From contig CAJINV010000008.1 in NCBI GenBank assembly GCA_905178155.1, positions 248,001 to 312,000 of the forward strand: a stretch of DNA of 64,000 nt, written 5' to 3'. The notes under the pieces were generated by a model. That model saw only the letters and a list, made by a program, of their open reading frames with translations. It did no database searches and was not told the origin of the DNA. Position numbers and translations under genes: made by a program. Below are positions 11,477-21,700 of the stretch, piece by piece. The stretch's first letter is position 1. Every line of letters starts with the position of its first letter. This DNA comes from Amoebophrya sp. A120. Lineage: Eukaryota; Protista; Dinoflagellata.

Positions 11477-12254
11477 TTTGTTTCTGTGGCGTCCACCCTT
11501 CTCTTTGCAAATGGAAATTCGTTTTATTCAACCTTTACAATTACACTACAAAAAACCCGAGAATGGTGATGGTCGTCATACACATAGTTTCTTTCTTCCT
11601 AACTTTTCGCTTTGTTCTGCATGTCGGACGTCAAACAAAGAGAATATCACAGAAGATGAATTCATCAAGCTTGCTGAGAAAAACCAAAATAGATATACTA
11701 GAACGCAGGGACGATGACGATCGCCGATCAATACACGAAAAACGAGAAAACGACTGGATCGAACACGAAAAACGACTGGACTTGCCGTAGCCAAAACCTG
11801 GATCGATGTCACAACCCAAGAAAAGGACGAGTGGGAAACTGGGAGGACGATGTCGATACTCTTCTTCAGACTTTTTTTACCGAGGTGATCTAGTAGGGAT
11901 AAAGATTCGACATCGATGATTTTCAATTTCATCTTTCCACCTCCTCGTGGTCGAATTGCTTTAGCTCAATCTCAAAATCACGTCTGAGACCGCGACTTGA
12001 CGATGACGATCCCAACTCTTTACCATTCTAGCACGCGTGGCGCGCTTCTGCTTTCATATATGGGAAGATACGGTCGTACTTATTTGCTGCGGCGAGGATA
12101 TCACACACCATACCCGTGCCGCAGATGTAGATGTTCTTGCGAGACCTTTTTATTTTCACGCTTTGCACGCACTGGTTCTTGGAAGTCTAGAATGCTGCAA
12201 GAAAGTAGGGGCAGATAAGTTTTATTTTGATGTCGAAAATTCTCTTTGTAGTGT

Positions 12255-14245
12255 TCAAGTGTCGCCAGGTGGCTGATCGGAATGGATCACCGCCGGGGCG
12301 CGGTCGGGGCGCTTTGCCCACGAAGTTTCGTTGTGGTTGACAGTCCCGTGGTAAGTCAGGTGAGCGGTTGGGTACCTGGGGAGATGATTTGTATGTCATT
12401 TTGAATTGGTGAAACTGAAAATGCTAGAAAACATGTAATAAGCCGAAAATCTTTTACTTACCCTGCAACTTGTCAGGTCCGATTAGGATGAAGTTCGGGC
12501 AGGTGGAGGCCGAGAAAGAGAAAGACGGATCATCTACGAAAGCACGAGAGCAGCGGCTCATCATGAGGTCGTGCGGCGAGAAGACAAGTAGGAAGCGGAG
12601 AAACTAGAAGGTAGACATTAACGTAAAACAATAAAGGTATATATAGATACCGTGGCAGGTCGTCGTCTCCGATGGTGGTGTAGTTTTTCCGTATTGGAAC
12701 AGCCTCGTTGTAGTTTCCGAATTTCGTCAGTTCCCGTAGTCTTGCGGTCTCGGCCTGGAGACAGTTCTTCTCGTGCCGAATTTCGTCGATCTCTGCTTGC
12801 TGCAGGTCAATGAGGCGCTGCTGCTCGCGCAGGCGCTTCAGAATGCGCCCGTCCGCGACGTTTGAGACATCCTGCACTGTGTGTTCGTACTCCGCGGTCG
12901 CCGCATCGATCTTCGCCTGCAGCCGCCGCTCGATCTGCTGTATCCGTTTACAGTCTTTTATTCCCTGAAAATCAAACTTCACCCGACCCCAGGCGAGGCC
13001 CAGCCAGCACTTTTGGCATGACAAAACGCGACTTCGCTTTGCGTGTGCCAACATATTTTGCATCGTGACAAATTGGTGGACGGGAATGGTTGATTTTCAG
13101 GAAATATCTTCCTTGAACTCCGCCAGTCGTAACTCCAGCCCGTCCTTGAACATAATGATGGTCGGGTCCGCGGCCTCCAGTACTAGCTGTCCCGAAGCGT
13201 TCACGTACCTGAGTATAAGCAAGTTGTTTATGCATCTATTTCCGAGAAGTTCTTCTTCTTGTGGTTGTTTCTTTGCAAGAACTGCAACTAGATTTTTATA
13301 GAACCTAGATTTCTACTGGTACTACTGGACTGGACCACTTCTTCTTGCACTTGGACTTTATTGCAAAATTGAAATATCTCGGACAGTCATGCAGAACGGA
13401 GATAAAGTCGACATCGACTGTGACTGTGAGTCAAGAACTAGTATTGAGTAATAATACGGCAAAAGCATCTGGGACAGGCGCTCCTGGTCTGCCTGGAGGA
13501 GCGAGTGACAGGCGTTGAGCTCCACGAGCTGCTGCTGGTACAGGTCGGTGAGCTGCTGAATTTCGGCGTCCTGGCGTGCGTAGTGGGGGAGATTTCCCGG
13601 GGTTCCGCCGATGCCGTGGGGGTTTGCAGAGGACGAGGAGCCGCCCGCGGTCAGAAACGCTGCCGTTGCTGCGTTATTGAAAACTTCCGGGGCGGCAGCA
13701 CCGTACACCGGGGGTGGCTGGTATGGATCGCCTCCAAAGCCAGCACCGGCACCAGGAGCCATGGAGGCACCATAGGCCGGCGCGCCACCACCACCGCCCA
13801 TTCCCATCGGCGCCATGGAGGCCATGGCGCCGCCGCCCATACCCATTGGTGCCATCGAGGCCATCGCGCCAGGGCCCCCCGCCATGGGGGCCATCGATGC
13901 CATCGCCGTACCGCCTCCGCCCCGTGCCATGGGTGCCATGGAAGACATCGCGTTTCCACCACCTCCTCCACTCATGGGCGCCATCGATGCCATAGCGCCT
14001 GCTCCACCACCAGACATGGGCGCCATCGACGCCATCGCGTTTCCACCGCCCCGAAGTGGAGCCATCGAGGCCATTGCGTTGCCGCCTCCGGAAATTGGTG
14101 CCATCGACGCCATCGCATTTCCGCCTCTCGCAGACGCTGGTGCCATCGACGCCATCGCATTGCCGCCCCCGGAAAGGGGTGCCATTGAAGCCATCGCATT
14201 ACCACCACCCCCGCTCAGCGGAGCCATACTTCGCATTGCCGCCAT
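12255..14245 (-). CDS. Met/Ala/Gly-repeat plus coiled-coil protein, 4 exons: join(14245-13458, 13208-13107, 12953-12651, 12375-12255)
   Basis: GT-AG introns 13209-13457 and 12376-12650 and inverted-repeat intron 12954-13106 give a continuous 1314-nt frame (..QMLLP|YVNASG..FKED|CKRIQQ..DLPR|YPTAH..PGDT*). Confidence 0.75.
12954..13106 (-). mobile_element. Introner-type non-canonical intron (153 nt; 17-nt terminal inverted repeat; AAGA direct repeat)
   Basis: Minus strand: GAAGA|TATTTCCTGAAAATCAA...TTGATTTTCAGGGAATA-A-AAGA|CTGT. Removal deletes an in-frame TGA and joins two coding frames; no GT-AG pair at these boundaries. Confidence 0.8.
13755..14236 (-). repeat. Coding tandem repeat, about 12 x (A)MASMAPxxGGG(G/N)
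   Basis: Read from the translation; codons vary synonymously between units. Confidence 0.9.
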
Positions 14246-15024
14246 TTTGAATCTGATAGTTCTCAACTGAAAAACTCCAGGCCGACTTAAGTACTTACAT
14301 TTTCAAACAAAAACACGTCGTAGGTGATCACCGGACTGCCTTTGATGGTTTAAGCTAAAGAATAAGGAAAGACGCTACTGCACTCTGCCACAACAAAAGT
14401 GCAACTTAGTCGTAGGCTGCAAGTGCAACGTTTTCAACGACAGCACGATAAAACTGTAGGACCGCATGGCTACAGTCATGGACTATGAAGTCTAATTAGC
14501 CCATTCGATTGGCATTGCGCCCCTCATATCACACCTCTTGCTTTACGAGACGCGAAGTCAAACTTTAGTCCAAGATACTGTTGTTCTTGTTCGATCTCTT
14601 GTAAACAACGACAAACGAACACGCTCTCTACTCTCTTACTCTTGCTGATCGATGTTGACATAACGCCGACGATGTTCATGAACAGCAGGATCAAAAGACA
14701 GAACGCGATCAAATCAAAAGATCGCGCCACTAGTTGTATGATGTAGCTCTTCTGTTTGTATTTTCCTCGCACACAGTGCCGAGCCAAAGTTACTTGTAGG
14801 AGGAGCTGCGTTGCTTTTGTTCTGCGCGGATCGATGTCAAGAAACATTTTCGTAAAACAAGCTTCACAACGATATGCCATTTTTTTTTCTCAGTCCGCCG
14901 AGACGGGATCCTAGCGGGCGAATTCGCTTCTCACGGACAACAGTCAGAGCGTGTCTACCGTGTCTCGTTTTGTTTTCAAACTCAACTTGAGCCTCCGCAT
15001 AATTTCATCTGGCACGACACCGTG

Positions 15025-17514
15025 TCACTTGCAGCAAACGGGCCCGCACACGGCAGTCGCGATGGCATTCAGTTTGCCAAGTAGCGTTTTGGTGGGGTCG
15101 TTGTACGTGGAATCCATACTGAATTTGTCCTCCGCTCCTGCTCGTGTTGCAAGCGGAGCGTTCATCAGTATTCCTCTATTCACCACATCTGTTACGTACT
15201 GCTGCACGAGGTTTGTATCCTTGCGCAAAGGGATGGTCTTCTGCAGCAGTGCCTTGTCCCTCGTTTCGAGTTCCGCGAGTTCGCGTGGCATCTGGGTTTT
15301 CAGCGCTGCCTTCAATTTCTCCGGCTCGGTGATTTTGTCACTGCCTGCCACAATCTTCGGGCTCATCGTGCCAACAAATTTTCCGTAGTGCGCAGTGGCA
15401 AGCACCACCGGCTGGATGTCGCCCCCCCGGTGCTGGAGGTCCTTGAGCATTGCTTTGTATCCGACCGCGGTGTGTGGACAGAGCAAATAGCCAAAATCCG
15501 CATGTACGTCAGCTATGGTCTCTAGCGTTTCCGTTTCGTCCACACACCACGCGGTAAAGTACTTGCGTGCCTGCTGAAGCTCGACCGGAGAAACCTGAAG
15601 AAACAGGAGCATGAAAGCAATTTGAGAAAAATTATGTTTATGACTCGTGCGTGATCGACCACGACCACGAACTTCAACCTGTACCTGAACATGTAAAAAT
15701 ATCAATCATGCAACTTGACCTGTCTCGTCAACGATCGATTCTTTGATGAAGAAACAAAAATTGATGATAGCTTTGTATGTAATCACACAACATCAACACA
15801 ATGCGTAGCTGCTCCTCTGAGTTGTACAACTACCTCGAAGCTTTTTTTGTTTTTCAGATCCGCGAACCACGCCGCGACCTTCGCGCAGTCACCTCCAGCC
15901 ACGTCAAGAAGGAAACGCTCGAAATTTGAGGACACCTGGATGTCCATCGAGGGTGACAGTGTCGCCTTCACGCTCTTCGCGGGGGTGTAGGCGCCAGTCT
16001 CGAAAAATCGCGTCAGGATGTCGTTCTCGTTGCTCGCAATAACAAGTTCGAAGATGTCGTCCAGACGAAAAAACTTCTGGCAGTAGTACCCCGCCAGAAT
16101 GTCCCCAAAGTTGCCAGTAGGTACTGAAAACCGCATCTTTGGCAACCGTAAATTTGTGCGGGCCTAATTATTTTTTATACATTGTGCGTCGAATTTAGTG
16201 TAGTAGGTTTTTCCCAAAGTCAAAAAGATAAATACGTATAAAAGATAAACAAGAAGGCGAGCAGCAGTCCTCATTGTTGAGGACAACGCGAAGCAACGAT
16301 TTAATTCTCTTTGTGCTGTCGTCGTGCAAACTGTCTTGACATGATCACGGGACCACGCATTTCAATCAAAACTGATACTGAATTTTGAGACCCAAACGTA
16401 AATTAATACCAGGTTCGCGCCGAGATTTCGGCGCTGCTCGAGTATCTTCTCGTTGTGCCGAAAGTAGCAGTACAGGTAGTAAACCATTTGGCAGAGTACG
16501 CGAGCGATGTTGATAGAATTGACGGCCAGCACGTTATTCTGCTCCACAAAGTCTTTCTGTTGAAAGATGGCCTTGACGATAGCCTGACAGTCGTCGAAAG
16601 TAGCGTCCTGCACACTGCAAGCGTGAACCACATTTTGTGCTACCGGCGGTGCGCCCGCGTTTTTACCGTCGTCGGTCGCCCCCGTTTGGATGGTGTTGAA
16701 GCTCAGCATCTGCAGCTCTTGGATGTACGAGACTCTATTCTGCGGATACAGCACTACCCCACTTACGCCTTGCTTTCCTGAGACGCCTGCCAACGCCGCG
16801 CTTCCAGTATCACCACTTGTAGCACCTAGGATGACGGCACTTTTTGCCGCTTTCTTTGCACCGGCCGCGTGTGTTCGCTTCGCGAGCGCAACCTCGAACA
16901 AATTGCCAAGAAATTGCAGAGCACAATCCTTGAAAGCGAAAGTCGGGCCATGAAACAGCTCTAACAGTGTGATGTGATCCAAGGCCTCACGCTGAACAAT
17001 TTCGCTGCCACTGCGCCACCGCACGCCACCATAGCTGCGATCGCACAAATCCTTTAGCGTAGCATCATCGAACTCGTCCTCGCCGATGAAGAGCCGGAGG
17101 ACCTGCAAATTTGCCAATTTTAAATTGAATTTTGTAAACCGTCGTGAACGTCGTCTAGAAAAATTGAACAGGCATATTCAACTACTTGTAGTGGTCAATG
17201 GCACTATCACAGACTGTCAACACCTCGACCTCCTGCTTCTCTTTGATAAAATGACACGCATTTCAGGTATGCAATAGACAAAAAAATGTTGATCTGGAAG
17301 TGTGTAAAAAGAACATTTAAGGAGGACCAGCTACCTTGAATGCTAGTTGCGCATAGGAAAGATGGCCCCACTTTTCCAAAACGAAATCTTTGTCGATAGT
17401 TGCGGGAAGATTCATCTGTGGCACGAAGAGGCCACCATCGGCGGAGAGACCCCGCAGTACCGCTTGCAGAAAAGACACATCCTGCTCGCCGCCACGTGTG
17501 CTCTTGTACAGCAT
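15025..17514 (-). CDS. thrC: Threonine synthase, 4 exons: join(17514-17335, 17102-16410, 16163-15834, 15594-15025), about 590 aa
   Basis: Motifs MLYKSTRG, GLSADGGLFVP, LELFHGPTFAFKD (PLP lysine), ATSGDTGSAA, VNSINIAR, FSVPTGNFGDILAG, SPSMDIQVSSNFER, CPHTAV, LATAH. Three phase-0 GT-AG introns (232, 246, 239 nt) give an uninterrupted frame. Confidence 0.95.
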
Positions 17515-18713
17515 CGCGAACTCGTCGAGACGGTTTCCGTCTTTTGTCAAAAAGCCACACTGTCTACAGGCCTTTCACGTTTAGCTTTGGCCTTGACGGA
17601 GTGAAAGTATTCCTCTTCTTCGTTCTGGCGCTTGCTCTGCGTCTGACTCTGGGGGTTTGTTGATGAGGATGGAGAAAAATACGCCACGAGTAGCAATAGA
17701 GCTAGACGACCTGGGCCTGGCACATGATTTTTTGTTCTTCTATCTAGTGTTCAATGCAGTCAGGGGCAAGGAAGGGTAAAAAGCGCAGCTGTGAAGATAA
17801 TACGGGACAAATAGGGTTTCACTGGGGACCCTGATTGTGCAAACGCCGCCTCGCAAAAGTTGAGTTCCATACTCATCATACGAGAAAAATCAGCTACCCT
17901 TTATTGTTATTTTAGTGTTACTTTTACGTTTACCGTTTACGCCATCGCAGATACATCACAACAATCCCAATCCGAGTAAGAACGGTCGTATGAGAAACCG
18001 AGAGAAACGCGTGAAGCAGGGCGAGCAAACACCATCAAGAGACCGACAATGAAAGAGAACGGAAAACAACCGACAAGCAAAGCGAAACTAGTAATTAGGT
18101 TCGTTTGGGACGATTACGACCACGACCGATGCCACTACCGGAAAATGAAAACGTAAGATCAAAATTGCTACGGAAAACGGACGAAAAGGTCATGATCTTG
18201 ATATAACCTCCGTGAACCCAGACGACATAGTGGATCTGCAAAAATTTGTGGAGGCGCGATGTTGACATTACCATTTACCACCACGTATGTGCGCGACAAT
18301 GGAAGAACAAACACGAGAAACAAATTTTGGAGCCTGCATAAGGGACTCGTGACGAGGAGCATCGCTGTGCTTACCTTGTCTTTAACTTGTTCTTCCTGTG
18401 ACTTCTCCTTCATTTTCGACCGGTCCGACAGAAGGAGTTAATGTTAAGGAAAGATTCGTGATGTTGCTTCATCTCTTCTGGTTTTCGTTTTGTTTTGTCG
18501 TCAATGAATATGAATGATAGACAAGCTTGAATTTTGGAATGAAGGTCGTCATCGTCGTTGAAAAGAAATGGATCTAGATTTACTTCGCCTAGTTTTGATG
18601 TCGTGTCGTGGGACCCTAGTAAGTACTCGAGGAGGATCTTCTTCCACGAAGAGCTGCCATATCGCACCACAGTGATGTCGTCGTCGTCGTCCTGCTGGGG
18701 TTGGACTTTATCT

Positions 18714-21700
18714 TCAGAACCGGATTCCCCGGGTTTGGAAGGCGAGCTGTCTCAGGCGTGCGTACTGCTGTGGGTATTGGTTTCGAAACCTCTGTTGGTA
18801 ACACTGGTGCATGCAATAGCCCGGATCGACGTCCCACACAACGTCCACGAGCTTCCCGGTGTACCGCCCTGCTTCCAAGGTGAGATCGGACGCGGCATCT
18901 TCGTGTGTGTGAGTTCCAGCACCGAAACGCGGCAGTGCAGCACTCCTGTGATGTCCTCCGTTTGCCGATGAATTGTGCAGCTGCAGGGAGGCAGCTGCTG
19001 CACCGCTTCCGCTGCTGGCAGCGTTTATATTTCGTCCCTGGTCCAGAGGATCCTCGTCGAGTGCTGCAGGGGTGAGAGACGCCCTGTCGTACGTACCGCG
19101 ATGAAAATTATCACCCGCACCAGTCGCGGTGATGTCCTCGTTGTTCGCCTGTTCGAGGGCTGCGGATTGGCTCATCTGGCAAGCAGTGAAGAACGCACTT
19201 CCAATGGCTGTGAGAGAGCCAGGCTGCATTACCCCGTCATAGGTCGCTCCACCCGCTGCCGGCGGATGAAGTAGACCGGCTGTCCCACGAGATGCCGATA
19301 CGTTTCCGAAGAGTGCGCTTGCGCAACTCGTGGCTCCTGCCGTGCCGTCAGCACCGAAAGCGCTCGCCGCTGACGCTTCATCTGCCCCGCTGCGGTAGAC
19401 CGGAGAGAACCAGCGCAGAGCTAGCATCGGGTCGTCGCCGAAGAGCCATGGCAAATTGGCTTCACTCGCATTCGCAGTGTTGAAGTACTGCTCTGCGCTT
19501 GGTTTCTTGCGTCCGGCCCAACTCCCATTACTTTTCGTCATTCGGCACAGCGCAGTGGTTGTAGACGTTGCGACCCGTGTCAACGGAGGAAAGTGAGGCC
19601 TTTTGGTTGAGATTGTACTCTGGCTCGCAGTTGCGCTCTTAGAATTATGCGCCTGTTCAACTTCTGCAGAAACCAGATCCAAAGAATTGAACTCGGCAGA
19701 AGAGCGGTCCACTTTTGTCTTTTTTGTCACAACAACGCGTCTCCGTTTCAGCAAGGGGGCAATGCCGGCACTTCTGGCCTGCTGGTTATTTCCTGCGATT
19801 TGGGACGAGCAAGAGGTACGACCCGGTGCGCTATTATGTGCAGCGTTCGTCGTCGAGTTGTAGACATATCGAGTCAAAAACGAGTCCAGATCAAGTGGTG
19901 CATCGTCAGAATTGGAGGCTTTTTGGTTCATCTCGCCCATGTGCATCTTCTGCTTGTCGTCTTCGACGTCGACATTCGCTTCTAAATCTTTCGCGGCTGA
20001 TGATTGAAGTGCAACTACTGGCTTGTCTTCTCGTCCAGCTGCTCCATCGCCCACGACAACGTCGACGTTGCCATTACGACCGGCATTAGCTTTATTTTGG
20101 ATCTCGTGGGCCACAAGATCGACATCTTCGGCTATTGTGTCAAGCTGAGCCAGCACTTGCTTCAGTTCTTCGTCGTCCTCGTGGCGTCGTTTTGCGGCTG
20201 CTTTGTCGTCATTCGCCAGCTGTTCTTCAATGAAGCGACGGTTGTCATCGAACTCCGCTTGGATCGCGTCGCACTGGTCCTGCAACTCCGGACCTTCTGT
20301 TTCCCGGGTGATCTTCTGCTTGGTCTTCAGCCACGGGCAGCTTTTCCGTCCGAGAGCCTTTTGCTCGCGCAGGTGCTTTCTCTGCATGCGTGGCAACATC
20401 TCCTCGCTGTGGTCGTTCTCACAACCAGCGGCGCCTGTTTCCTCCGCAGAATTTTTTGCCCTTATGGAAGGGTCACTCTCATCAGGAGCCGCGGGAGCAT
20501 TTGGGGCAACTCCGCGAATGTAGGCAGGCTCGTCCTGCGTTTGCTGCGTCTCCCTGATGTCCGCGTCCTCGAGACCTAAGATCCGCTCGGCAGTTTCATC
20601 ATCGGCAGGACCAGGTTCCACGTCATTTTTCTGGGAGGCTGGTGCAACATCGGCACTCGCAGGGGTCTCACTTACGCGGCAGGTATTGGCCATCCCGTCT
20701 TCAGCATCTTCCGAAGCCATATGCCGCCGACTGCTTTTTCCGCCGTCTTCGTCGGCGTGGTTCTTCTTACTCTCGCTTCCGCGATTCTTCTCCTCGGAAA
20801 CGAACCGCAGAGAGAAGATGGGGCGGTAGCGTTGATGATTTACGGGGGAGATCTGCAACCGGTGGTACAAGTGCTTCAGCTGGGCGAGCCTCTGCTGGCG
20901 TTCGTCTTCTTTTGTCGTACCTGCGCCATCCGCGAACAATCCACCTATCATGTCGCTGCGCGGTATCCCCGCCCCCTTCCTGCCGGACGAGTTGAAGTGG
21001 TCACCGTCTCCATCTTCTTCGTCTGAAGAGTCATAGGGTCCCTTTTTTCTTTTTCCCATGCGCCCGATCGCACTCTGATTGTTGCCGTCGAAAAGCGATG
21101 CTGCGCCGACGCCATCGGCTGTAGTAATCAGTTGGTAGTCCACGTGCAGGAACACGGTGCGCCGTCGTTTCTCGAGCAGTTTCTGCATTTCAAACTCGTG
21201 CCAAAATAGACGCGCCACAAACAGCGCTAGCCGATTTTTTCTCAGCGCGTTCGTACGGATTTTTTCCAGGTCGACGAAACTTGCATTGGTACTACTACCG
21301 ACCGGAAAAACAGATGTCGCTCCTCCGACTGTGCACGTCATGCGCTGGTCCTCTTGTTCGCCAAGATTGTTCACGACGGTCATGCCCCCAATCTTCATTG
21401 CGGGGGTGCGGTGCTGGTGATACTGTGAAGAAGAGGACAACGTCGTTGTTCCTCCGCCTGACGATGTTGTGTACAGCACGCAATTCTGCGCCATCAGAGC
21501 TTGCAGCGCTTTGTTGCCTGCGAACATCTTCGCATACCGCGCTACCCGCATCGCCTCGTGGTCGGTGGAGGAGGTCACGAGGTTGGGGTCGTACACGCCG
21601 AGCGGAGGAACGTCGATGGTTTTCAGGGTGTGTGCCACGGTCCCACGGCCAGGACACGAGAGCAGCGGCGTCCCCCGGAACAGCAGCGCCAACGTATGAA

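Noticed and set aside
11785-11800. CCGTAGCCA as a dinoflagellate spliced-leader relic
   Set aside because: Only 9 nt match; the following TTTTGGCTCAAG is absent.
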